Of a stretch of 64,000 bases of DNA, positions 1-8,792 are shown piece by piece. The notes beneath the pieces are model-generated. The model made no database searches. It was not told where the DNA came from and was given only the letters and a program-made list of their open reading frames with translations. This DNA comes from Minisyncoccota bacterium (GTDB lineage Bacteria; Patescibacteriota; Minisyncoccia; Phycocordibacterales; JBAZVT01). Made by a program: the position numbers and the translations under genes. The first letter of the stretch is position 1, and the number at the start of each line of letters is the position of its first letter. Location: the NCBI GenBank assembly GCA_041660745.1, contig JBAZVT010000001.1, forward strand, positions 4,377 through 68,376, in the 5' to 3' direction.

Positions 1-209
1 GAATGATTCTAAACATTACAAAAATTCTCTTTTTATAACTCCCTAAATAAAGACATTGCTACATCACTTAACTATTTGAATGTAATAGTTATACCAACAG
101 ACAAGTGGTTGTATTTACGAATCAAATTTAAATTTAAGGGAACTACAAAAAAACATGTTAAATAATTTGTTAGGACAACATTGAACAATAAAAATTTTCT
201 TTTTGGCAG

Positions 210-483
210 CCCCCCTATACAGGGACCTTTAAAGAGGCTCTAATGCTTCCCCTAAAGGGGGGCAATTAACTGTACAAAAGAAACTTCCAAAATTTTTAAT
301 ATTTTTCACATAAAATAGCCCTAAAACGGGTCATTATTAATTATGTAATCTTAAGTTATTAAAAATAAACAACTTACAAATAGCGTTGTACGCGCCCTAA
401 ACAGGGACGTATTTACCCGGAAGAGGGACATGAGAAAAAATAATACCCCCTATAAGGGGACATTATTTCCCCTAAAAAGGGAC
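210..483 (+). repeat. AT-rich region with seven direct repeats CCC-N6-GGG(A)C (iteron-like)
   Basis: Copies at ~213, 250, 319, 395, 416, 448 and 470: CCCTATACAGGGAC, CCCTAAAGGGGGGC, CCCTAAAACGGGTC, CCCTAAACAGGGAC, CCCGGAAGAGGGAC, CCCTATAAGGGGAC, CCCTAAAAAGGGAC. Confidence 0.8.
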
Positions 484-654
484 TATAATCGACTCTAGCC
501 CTTGAATTAACTGGCCTTACGTGTCTTTAAACATTATTAAAGAGTTGTTAATTAAACACAACATTTTGTTGTTGTTTTTTTGAATACAACAGTACTTACC
601 CAAATACGAATTATTGAACTTACTTCGTATAAATTTTTATCCTCATATCAAAAT

Positions 655-2373
655 TTAACTCGCATTTATAACATGCGGATTCGCCGAAGGCATACCCCTC
701 CTAAACAACAGAGCAGTATCCTTAACCAACAGTGCCATGATGCTGGCGGAGTGGTTACTTCCTGATATCCTGTAAGCATGCACATTCAAGCCACTTTTCG
801 TGCGCTCATGCAGGTTCAGTTTCAGGAACTTCTTCTGCACAGCTTCCCAGGGGCCACCCTCCGGGTGTTCTTGGGCAAAATCTTTAAAAATGCCGGGGCT
901 CACCAAGACCACACCTTCCTGGACGGCATGGACGCGGGCACCTGGCTCATTGTAACGGATTGTCCGGTCACTTAGGCCTGTAACCAGCCAAGTTAAAAAT
1001 TGCTGCCCTAAGGGCTGGTTCTGAAGGGTAGGGGGGTCTTGGGTGCTTTCTGGCTTTGTTAGTGCTTTCCCTGTTTTGGTGGTGTGCCCGCCGCTTACGT
1101 TGGTGCCTTGCCCCAATGCGGGTGGATTGTCCAGGTTTTGCTTAGGCGCTACGCTGGCTTGGCTTCCGGTTTCGGCAACAGCCGCGTCATCGCGATGACC
1201 GCCAGGCTTGGCGGACACGGTGCCGGCAAACTCATCCGGCCAGGCCTCAGGGTCAGGCCAGAGCTTGCTGAGCGGGATGCAGAGCAAGGACAAGTCATGG
1301 CTGAAGTTGTCACCTTGCACGGTCATCCGCCAAATTGCCCGGTCCTGGTTAGGCTCCAACAGCTGCTGTTCCTGCAAGATATCAAACAGGCGCTGGTTAT
1401 CGGTCGGGATGCCGGTATGGCCGTATTGCCCAAGGTGCAACCGGATGCTGTCAACGGTACGCTTGCTCACCAGCCAGAGTTTGCTGCCCACCCGCCAACC
1501 GGCGGCGCCATTGCGGTTCAGTGGTAGGGTGTGCTCTTCCAGCAAATGCATAAGCGCCTGCAGCAATTTTTCGTGCAACGGTGTCACTTGGGTTGTTGCA
1601 GCCTTGGGGCCAACTTCTGCACCCAGGTTCTGCCCGACCGATTGCCGGTCGGCCAGGCTGATGATTTCACCAAGCACCGCCGCCTGCACACCGTCGCCTG
1701 TGACACAGGCACACCAGGCCGACAAGGCGGCTGGGTCACTGGCCAGCCAGGCCAACGCGGCAGCCGGGATAATGCGAGGTGCGAACAGCAAGGCCGCTTT
1801 TTCATGCAGGCGGTAACTGCGGTTGCGCACAAAGGCCAGGGTATACCAAGCCGCCTGGCCATGCGGGTCGAGGTTGCCGGCCCAAGGGTCCCACAGCCCC
1901 AAGGGTTGCCCCTGGGCATCAAACAGGCTGACCTGCTGGTCGACGGCGGGTTTGGCGAGGTCATGGCACAAGGCGGCGGCGAACACCGCATACGTCCAGA
2001 CGTCTTTCCGGTGCACCAGCGATTCAACCGCCGTGTCTGGTGGCAGCAGATAACCCTGGCGTAGGGACAAGGCCGAGCTGAGCACCTCCAAGGTATGGTC
2101 AAGCAGCCCGCCGGCATGGGCATGGTGGTGAGTTTCAGAGGCTGGCAGCTGCTGCACAAAGCTGGCATACTGCTGCAGCGCGGCCAGATAGAACGCCGTA
2201 AAATGAGGTGCCGGTACGCCCGCCAGTTCCTCAATCCGGTTAATGGCGGCCACGCGCGGCTGCAACAAGGCCGCCGCCGACAACACCGGTAAGCTGTTGG
2301 GCGGCGGCGGTAGGCTCGTGGCAAGCGCCAGCGGTGCTGGGGTTTTATCCCGTTGGAAGAAGTTCAGCAGCAT
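655..2373 (-). CDS. traI: MOBH-family conjugative relaxase, PFGI-1 class (TraI_2 / TIGR03760-like)
   Basis: Motifs LPASETHHHAHAGGLLDH and ALCHDLAK (HD domain); C-terminal 'YNEPGARVHAVQEGVVLVSPGIFKDF' is typical of this family. ATG at 2373 preferred over the ORF-track start at 2412. Confidence 0.92.
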   Translation of the reverse strand: MLLNFFQRDKTPAPLALATSLPPPPNSLPVLSAAALLQPRVAAINRIEELAGVPAPHFTAFYLAALQQYASFVQQLPASETHHHAHAGGLLDHTLEVLSSALSLRQGYLLPPDTAVESLVHRKDVWTYAVFAAALCHDLAKPAVDQQVSLFDAQGQPLGLWDPWAGNLDPHGQAAWYTLAFVRNRSYRLHEKAALLFAPRIIPAAALAWLASDPAALSAWCACVTGDGVQAAVLGEIISLADRQSVGQNLGAEVGPKAATTQVTPLHEKLLQALMHLLEEHTLPLNRNGAAGWRVGSKLWLVSKRTVDSIRLHLGQYGHTGIPTDNQRLFDILQEQQLLEPNQDRAIWRMTVQGDNFSHDLSLLCIPLSKLWPDPEAWPDEFAGTVSAKPGGHRDDAAVAETGSQASVAPKQNLDNPPALGQGTNVSGGHTTKTGKALTKPESTQDPPTLQNQPLGQQFLTWLVTGLSDRTIRYNEPGARVHAVQEGVVLVSPGIFKDFAQEHPEGGPWEAVQKKFLKLNLHERTKSGLNVHAYRISGSNHSASIMALLVKDTALLFRRGMPSANPHVINAS

Positions 2374-2600
2374 AGTCTCAGGTCCATAGCCAGGCACCCG
2401 GGCAAGGGCCAAAGCCGGGTAAAAACAGCCGGGGTTTTATGCCAACTATAACAGATTAAATAGGCCCAGGCCATTGATAAACATAAAAAAAGCAAGACAA
2501 CCCGGGCTTGGCCAGGGCTTTGGCCAAGGTCTGGACAAATTAACCAAAGTCCTTGAATATAACGGTTTTATGACCCTAAAATCAGGCACCATACACAGCG

Positions 2601-2623
2601 TTATGCACAAAATCTGTGGATAA
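2601..2623. promoter_or_regulatory. Inverted pair of DnaA-box-like 9-mers
   Basis: TTATGCACA at 2601-2609 and TGTGGATAA (reverse complement TTATCCACA) at 2615-2623. Confidence 0.55.
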
Positions 2624-2756
2624 CTCCCCGCCTAACCAAAAAACCAGTTGCCCTACCCGGTGTGTTATGTTAAATAGCTAGCAAGTATAATAAAACATTA
2701 AACCCAAGCGGCAAAATTCCCGCCTTTAAGCCTTGCCGTTTTTCACCGGAATGCAC

Positions 2757-3323
2757 ATGAGCCTTAGCGAACCCCACATCAGGCATAAACTCAGCGTCAG
2801 CGACTATTACCGCATGGGCGATGCCGGGATTTTAGACGAAGATGACCGGGTAGAGCTGATTGAAGGGGAACTCATCGATATGGCACCGATAGGCAGCCAC
2901 CATGCCGGTATTGTTGCACAGCTGGTTGCGGCATTAGCCCAAGCGTTGGCGGGGAAGGCCATAGTCTGGCCACAAAACCTAATACGCCTGGACAGTTATT
3001 CAGTGCCGCAACCGGATATCATCGTGTTAAAAACCAGGCCTGATTTTTACAAGAATGCTTTACCCGAACCCGCCGACGTCCTGTTATTAATTGAAGTGGC
3101 GGACACGACGCTGGACTACGACCGCAACACCAAAGTGCCGCTCTATGCCCGCCACGGCATTGTTGAAGCTTGGCTGGTGGATATCAATGCCCGGCAGCTG
3201 GAGCGTTACCACCAGCCTGCTGAAACCGGATATGGCCAAAAAGATATTTTCACCCCGCAGCAAGCCATCAGTCCGCTGGCCTTGCCTTGGGCCGTGCTTG
3301 ATTTGGCCGCCGTGTTAAATTAA
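2757..3323 (+). CDS. Uma2 family (PD-(D/E)XK-like) putative endonuclease
   Basis: Motifs RVELIEGELIDMAPIGSHH, PQPDI and LLIEVADTTLDYDRNTKVPLYARHGIVEAWLVD. Start could be 2751 or 2757. Confidence 0.9.
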   Translation: MSLSEPHIRHKLSVSDYYRMGDAGILDEDDRVELIEGELIDMAPIGSHHAGIVAQLVAALAQALAGKAIVWPQNLIRLDSYSVPQPDIIVLKTRPDFYKNALPEPADVLLLIEVADTTLDYDRNTKVPLYARHGIVEAWLVDINARQLERYHQPAETGYGQKDIFTPQQAISPLALPWAVLDLAAVLN

Positions 3324-3379
3324 CCCTCCCGGCAGCTGCCCTAGGCAGCCAACCGGCATTGCAATGAAGGAACAAAACC

Positions 3380-3739
3380 ATGATAAGCCTAATCACCAAT
3401 GCACTATTGATCGCCCTGGCGCTGGCGCTGCTGGCGGTGTTTATCCTGGGCGCCTGGCGCCATACCGTGGCGGCCACCCTGGGCGGGCCGTTGGCCGCTG
3501 CTGACCCTGCCGCCAAGCGCAGGCGTTACCTGGTGCTGGCCGGTAAAGTGCTGTGGCATTTGCTGGCGATGACGGTGCTTTTTCTGGCCCACAGTCTGCA
3601 ACTGTTCCTGATCGCAGCAGATAAGGAACAGGATGTAGAAGAAAAAATTGAACATGGCGGGGCGACATGGAGAAGGGACTGTTTTGGAAATTGGCATAGC
3701 TTTGATGCCGATGAAAACTCCCATCCTCCCCAATATTAG
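3380..3739 (+). CDS. Small membrane protein convergent with traG
   Basis: 119 aa, two hydrophobic segments and an acidic tail; AAGGA-like RBS upstream. Confidence 0.65.
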   Translation: MISLITNALLIALALALLAVFILGAWRHTVAATLGGPLAAADPAAKRRRYLVLAGKVLWHLLAMTVLFLAHSLQLFLIAADKEQDVEEKIEHGGATWRRDCFGNWHSFDADENSHPPQY

Positions 3740-3750
3740 CCATTATGTCT

Positions 3751-5256
3751 TCATTTTAGTATTTTACCTATGGATCTTTTGCCTAGGCTGATGGCTTCTT
3801 TACCGCCATTTTCAGCTCCTTTGGCTATTGGGTCCCCAATTTTGTTATAAGCTTCTAAAGCCCCCCCAATACCACGAACCGCAAAACCCAATACCACAAA
3901 CCACACAAACGGCAACACCACAAACAACAGCAGCGCCACCAGGTTCAAGATCAGCACGGTGTTGGCCTTGTCGTCCTGGTAGGAGACCCAGCTGTACCAG
4001 TGGATGCCCAACCCTTCCAGCATGTGGTTGTCCAGCCAGACTGCAAGCGTCCACAACGCGGTCAGGAACTTGACGCCCAGGAGCGCTACCGTCACCGTGA
4101 ACAGGGTTTCTATGGCGTAGCCGGCAAACAGCAGCACAAACGGCAGCAAGGTGTATATCCCCATCAGGACAAGGGACTGGCCAATCGGGGCGGCTTGCCG
4201 CAGCGCATAAATCTTCGGCGCAAACGTCGCCAGTTCAAGCGACAGGCCGGCGCCGGCGGTGCCACGCGCAAACGTCCCCGGGTCACCGGTAAAGTTGTTC
4301 TGGAAACTGCTGATTTCCAATTTGCGCCCCAAGGCCGCCTGTTCGGGGGTGAGCAAGGTGCGCACCAGGGCATTTTGTGCGCTTTGGCTGCTGCCGGTGT
4401 CGGCACTGGCCTGCGCCAGGACATCAGTGTCCACCAGCGCCAGCAGCCGGGGCTGGAGGCCGTTGACCCACCAGTCCTTGCATTCTGGCCTGCCATTAGC
4501 CGGGATAAAGCCTGGCAAATACTCGGTGTCACGGGCGGCGTCATAAGGGAAGCCGGGTATTTCAACACTTGCCCGTATGGCCAGGTTGAGGTTGGTGTTG
4601 CCGTAATAGCCATTGCTGTCCTGGAAAAACTGTGAGCCAATCCAGGTGATGTCATCCGGCGGGTAGGCGGCCGGCAGGCTGGCCATGTCGGCATTAAATT
4701 TTGCCCGTGCCTGCTGCCAGCAGTCCGTGTTGAACAACTCCAGCTCACGACGCAGCTCAGGGTCCGCAATCCGCACATTATCAAGCTTATAGGCCAGCGT
4801 CCTAAGGTCTGGCGAACATGGCACCAGGCTGATGAAGCCATTGTTGAAGCCGTTGGCCAGCTTCAGCATGGCGTACCACCACAGGGGCACTTGCGCCGTG
4901 CGCCCGTCCAGCGCGACAAAGGCATTGTCATACAGCGTCCCGGTGTTGGCACCAGTGACCGCAGGTTGCCCGCAGGCCGCCAAGGTGCTGACCGTGCCCG
5001 TCCGCACCGGCAGCAAGGGTGCCCCGGCCACCGCCAGCACCACCATGATGGCGGTGACATCCAGCCAGTTAGCCCGCAGCGAGGCATCGGCGCCGTCATT
5101 GCCATAGGAGCGCCAAGCGCTGGTAAAATTACGCACGATGGCCGCCACCAGGGGGATATACGCTACCCCGGTGTCGGACAACAGCTGCCAGAGGCCATCG
5201 TATAACAGCCAACCCAACACCAGGGTATAAATTTCAATGCTTGACCCTACATCCAT
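3751..5256 (-). CDS. traG: Conjugal transfer protein TraG (N-terminal-domain type)
   Basis: EIYTLVLGWLLYDGLW, VPLWWY, 'DITWIGSQFF' and CKDWW motifs; multiple TM helices; expected position in the ICE operon. Confidence 0.9.
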   Translation of the reverse strand: MDVGSSIEIYTLVLGWLLYDGLWQLLSDTGVAYIPLVAAIVRNFTSAWRSYGNDGADASLRANWLDVTAIMVVLAVAGAPLLPVRTGTVSTLAACGQPAVTGANTGTLYDNAFVALDGRTAQVPLWWYAMLKLANGFNNGFISLVPCSPDLRTLAYKLDNVRIADPELRRELELFNTDCWQQARAKFNADMASLPAAYPPDDITWIGSQFFQDSNGYYGNTNLNLAIRASVEIPGFPYDAARDTEYLPGFIPANGRPECKDWWVNGLQPRLLALVDTDVLAQASADTGSSQSAQNALVRTLLTPEQAALGRKLEISSFQNNFTGDPGTFARGTAGAGLSLELATFAPKIYALRQAAPIGQSLVLMGIYTLLPFVLLFAGYAIETLFTVTVALLGVKFLTALWTLAVWLDNHMLEGLGIHWYSWVSYQDDKANTVLILNLVALLLFVVLPFVWFVVLGFAVRGIGGALEAYNKIGDPIAKGAENGGKEAISLGKRSIGKILK

Positions 5257-5295
5257 AACGTGTCCCCCGGTAAATGGCCTAGCCCGGCCAAACTG

Positions 5296-5706
5296 TTAAT
5301 AAACTATCCTGGCCAACAGCCTGAGGCCATGGCCCAGGCCGTTTTGGCAAAACAACACTTCCGTCAACAACAAGGCCGCCGCCACTTGCCAGCGTTGACT
5401 TAAGGCGTAGCCCCGTTGTGCCGGGGTAAACTTCAAAGAGGCCGCCAGCAGGTTAACCCAGCGCCGGTAACCGGCTATGGCCACGCCCAGAAGCAACAGG
5501 CGCCAGGCCAGGAACCAGGGTTTGGCAACGGCCATAAAGGCTTGCAGCTGCACGATATCTGCCAAGCGCGGGTGCGCCAGCAGCCAAAGCACCAGTGCCA
5601 GCAAGACCAGCAGCGCGAGGGCAAACCGTGCCTGCCAACGCCGGCAACAGGCCCACACGCGTTGGCCAAGGCCCAAGGCTGGCGGCCTGGGTTGGGGTGC
5701 CGCCAT
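5296..5706 (-). CDS. ICE membrane protein (between TIGR03755-like gene and traG)
   Basis: Hydrophobic segments and 'FLAWRLLL'. ATG at 5706 lies directly after the upstream stop; syntenic. Confidence 0.7.
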   Translation of the reverse strand: MAAPQPRPPALGLGQRVWACCRRWQARFALALLVLLALVLWLLAHPRLADIVQLQAFMAVAKPWFLAWRLLLLGVAIAGYRRWVNLLAASLKFTPAQRGYALSQRWQVAAALLLTEVLFCQNGLGHGLRLLARIVY

Positions 5707-5707
5707 C

Positions 5708-7102
5708 TTATTGCACCTCGCCGTGGGTAATGGGCCGCTCATCATGGTTCGCTGGGTTCGTGGTCGCGGCACTGTCGCGGATGCGGCCTTGGCCTTGGCC
5801 TAACAGCACCAACGCCGTCTGGGAGAACATTTCCCGGCGGATGCGGGTCTCGAACACCACATTGTCGATGGCCTGGGTCAGTTGGTTGATGGCGGCATCC
5901 AGGTCAGGCGCCAAGCCTGAGGCGTAAATGTTCGGTTCCATCCTGCCGGTTTGCAGCAAACGCCGCAACAGCAAGGCTTTTTGCAAGTTAAGGCCAGTGG
6001 CTGCCTCATCGGACAGCTTGTTCATGGCGGCTTCCCGCTCCTGGGCGGTCGGCAACGCCCGGATGGCCGAGATGACCTCACGGGTCATATCGATCCCCGG
6101 CACCGACACCTTGGCCAGCTCACTGGCTGTCGGCGTATTGCCGCCGGTGACGATAGTGCGCAAGGCCGTCAGGACCGGGGCCTTATCCTGTTCGATCAGG
6201 GGGATGATGCCATGCCCTGGGGTGGCCTTACGGCTCTGGTCCTTGCTGGTGGTGAGTTCAATGTCGCCAATGACGAATTGGCTGTAGGCTTGGACATCAG
6301 CGGGTTTTGGCCACACACTGGCCAAGGCTATGCCCGGGTTCCCGGTTGGGGCGGCGGAGGTGTCATTGACCGCGCGGTTCAATTCGATATTGTAGCCGGC
6401 CAGCACGGTGTCACTGATGGCCTGCACCGGTGCTTGTGCCGTGCCGCCGGCATGGTTGCCGCCTAGCCAGGGGATGCCGTTGTTGCCGTTGTTGGCATCC
6501 ACCGTGGTCTTGGCGGCATTGACATCACTGCTGGCTGAGCCGGTGGAGCCATTGCCCATCTGGATTTTCCAGTCAAAAGTCTTGGCGGTCTTGATAAAGC
6601 GCTCATACGGGTTCTCGCCGTTGCGGATCTCGGCCTCAAACTGCTGGCAACTGGCATTGGCCGCCCCCAGGACGGCTTCCCCACGGATCACCGCATTCTG
6701 GTACAAATCATACAGGCCCGGCGCTGCGCGTTGCAAAATGAAAGCCGGCAAGGAGGAGATGGCGCTGGTGGCGGCTGTCAACAGGCCATTATAGGCCGCC
6801 ATGACCTGGCCTTGGGCATTGTTGAGGACATTGGCCAGGCCGCTGATGGGGTTAAAATTGCCGCAAGAGTAAATATGGCTTAAATCCAGGCTGCCTTGCA
6901 GCGTGCTGGTTTGGCTGTTGGTGTTGGCCGGTGCCGACACCGCCTGGGCACCGCCGATCTGGTAATACCAGCCGCTGTCATGGGCAGGGCCAAAGCCTTG
7001 GCCAAGGCTGCCCGTGCTGGCCAAGGCCAAAGACAGCAGGGCCAGAAGTTTATGGCGGGGTGTTGCCATTCGGGTTAAAGGGGTCATCAGCGATAGCCTC
7101 AT
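5708..7102 (-). CDS. Integrating conjugative element protein, TIGR03755 (PFL_4711)-like
   Basis: WYYQIGGAQAV, CGNF and 'SLPAFILQRAAPGLYDL' motifs; signal peptide. Confidence 0.88.
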   Translation of the reverse strand: MRLSLMTPLTRMATPRHKLLALLSLALASTGSLGQGFGPAHDSGWYYQIGGAQAVSAPANTNSQTSTLQGSLDLSHIYSCGNFNPISGLANVLNNAQGQVMAAYNGLLTAATSAISSLPAFILQRAAPGLYDLYQNAVIRGEAVLGAANASCQQFEAEIRNGENPYERFIKTAKTFDWKIQMGNGSTGSASSDVNAAKTTVDANNGNNGIPWLGGNHAGGTAQAPVQAISDTVLAGYNIELNRAVNDTSAAPTGNPGIALASVWPKPADVQAYSQFVIGDIELTTSKDQSRKATPGHGIIPLIEQDKAPVLTALRTIVTGGNTPTASELAKVSVPGIDMTREVISAIRALPTAQEREAAMNKLSDEAATGLNLQKALLLRRLLQTGRMEPNIYASGLAPDLDAAINQLTQAIDNVVFETRIRREMFSQTALVLLGQGQGRIRDSAATTNPANHDERPITHGEVQ

Positions 7103-8316
7103 GGTAAAGTGAATCTAGGTAAGTTAGGCAACGATGGGAGCCGCAGCAAACCGGCCCCAGGACTAGGGCTGCCCAAGATGCCGCCGAGCCCACCCGGGCT
7201 TAGGACCGTGCCAAGGCTAGGGTTGGCTGGCGGTATATTGTTGGCAAAATCAACTGACCCTAAAAATAAGCCACCGCCCCGGCAACATTGGTATGGCCGC
7301 CATAAGGTGAAGGTGTAGTTGCCAGTGCGGGCGATACGACCGCCACCCCAGCCAGCGGCCGTCGCCAGGTCGTTTTCGCCAAAAATATGGCAGCTGTGCT
7401 CCAGCGCCGGTGAGGTCATCTGCCACCAACCGCCGCTGGCAACATTTTCCTGCAGCTTGCCGGGTGACCAGACCATGGTGCCGCGGCTAAAATGGCGCCG
7501 GAAACCATCCTGGCCATTGCCTAACGGCCGATATACATGCGGTTGCCCGCTGCGGGTCACCACATCGCCAGCGCGCTGGGCAATCACCGCCGCCATCTTG
7601 GCCTCATCGGCCTGGGTCAGTGAGCCGGTCCGCGGATATAGGGCGCCCCAGGTATAAGCCGGGAACTGGCCGACTTCACGCAGCCCTGGGACTAAGGCCT
7701 GGGGGTAGATGCTTTCCGGGACGCCCCAGCGCCAGGCCAGGACATCAAAACCGGATAAAAAATAGGGCTTGAAGGAGGTTGCATCAGACGGGCACAACAG
7801 CCCCAGGCTTAATGGCGCCAGTTGGTTGAGTGCCGATGCCAAGGGATGGCCGATGGCGTCGGCTTCCTTGAAAATGAGGTTTTGTTGGCTGCCGTGGCTT
7901 AAGTTGCCGCCGCCGGGCAGCCACCCGGCAATGCCACCCAAAGCCGTGCTCAACACGGATGCCGCCCCGGCCTCGGCACTGCCGGTGATTAGTTTGGCTT
8001 CTGTCCAGGGGTTACCGCCGACCGGGTCGGCGCTGCCGGACAAGCTATTATAGGTGCTCACCACCAAGTCTGGATTGAAATGGGCAACCTTGACCCTAAC
8101 CCTGACACGGCAGTTAAAAAAGCCACAGACCAGATAAAAACAGGCGCCGACCACCCGGTAGCGTAGGCAGGAAGGGGCGCTGACGGCACTGGCCACCAAA
8201 CTGACGCTGTTGACCGTCTCCAGGGCATAGGCGTGCGCTGACACGGCCAAGGCAAGGTAGCCTGCGGCCAGCCAGCGCACCCGCCGGGGCACAAAACTTG
8301 GGGCCTGGGCGCTCAT
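7099..8316 (-). CDS. ICE protein TIGR03756 (TraU-like, PFL_4710)
   Basis: CLRYRVVGAC, FKEADAIGHP, PYFLS, WGALYPRTG, AQRAGD and LWRPYQCC motifs. Confidence 0.9.
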   Translation of the reverse strand: MSAQAPSFVPRRVRWLAAGYLALAVSAHAYALETVNSVSLVASAVSAPSCLRYRVVGACFYLVCGFFNCRVRVRVKVAHFNPDLVVSTYNSLSGSADPVGGNPWTEAKLITGSAEAGAASVLSTALGGIAGWLPGGGNLSHGSQQNLIFKEADAIGHPLASALNQLAPLSLGLLCPSDATSFKPYFLSGFDVLAWRWGVPESIYPQALVPGLREVGQFPAYTWGALYPRTGSLTQADEAKMAAVIAQRAGDVVTRSGQPHVYRPLGNGQDGFRRHFSRGTMVWSPGKLQENVASGGWWQMTSPALEHSCHIFGENDLATAAGWGGGRIARTGNYTFTLWRPYQCCRGGGLFLGSVDFANNIPPANPSLGTVLSPGGLGGILGSPSPGAGLLRLPSLPNLPRFTLP

Positions 8317-8792
8317 GGTTGACCCTGCTGCTGTTGCCAGCGCCGGTACTGGGCAAGGCCCAGTGCCAGGTCGGTGGTGCCGTAGACCACGGCTTCCTGG
8401 TTGAAGACCAGCGCCGGGTATGACGTAAGGCCATAACTGAGGGCCAGGCCGTGGCCTTGGAAGGCCGCCGCCACCTGGCCTGCCAACACGGACTGGTCGC
8501 CACTGAAGCGCTGGCGGGCGATGCTGGCGGCGGCCTCAGCGTCTGCCGGCAAGCCTTCGCTGAGGCCATCGGCAAGGCGGTCGGCGGCCGACAAGTCATA
8601 GGCCACCACCGTCAGTTGCCCTTGCCCGTCGCCTAGGCCTTCGGCCGGCAACGGCTGGCCGGTAAAGACCTCGACCTGTACCTTGCCCGCTGGCGCCTGT
8701 GGCCAGGCCAAGTTGGCCACGGCCAATCCGGACACCAAGATTAGTCGGTGCCAGCAGGGCTTGGCCCTGCGCTTACCCGTGGCCACCTTCAT
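8313..8792 (-). CDS. ICE protein TIGR03757 (DUF1525)-like
   Basis: Motifs LSEGLPAD and YGLTSYPALVFNQEAVVYG; synteny. Confidence 0.85.
   Translation of the reverse strand: MKVATGKRRAKPCWHRLILVSGLAVANLAWPQAPAGKVQVEVFTGQPLPAEGLGDGQGQLTVVAYDLSAADRLADGLSEGLPADAEAAASIARQRFSGDQSVLAGQVAAAFQGHGLALSYGLTSYPALVFNQEAVVYGTTDLALGLAQYRRWQQQQGQP

Noticed and set aside
210-483. Repeat array as a CRISPR
   Set aside because: Repeats are only 14 bp and degenerate, spacing is irregular (7-62 bp gaps), and there are no cas genes.
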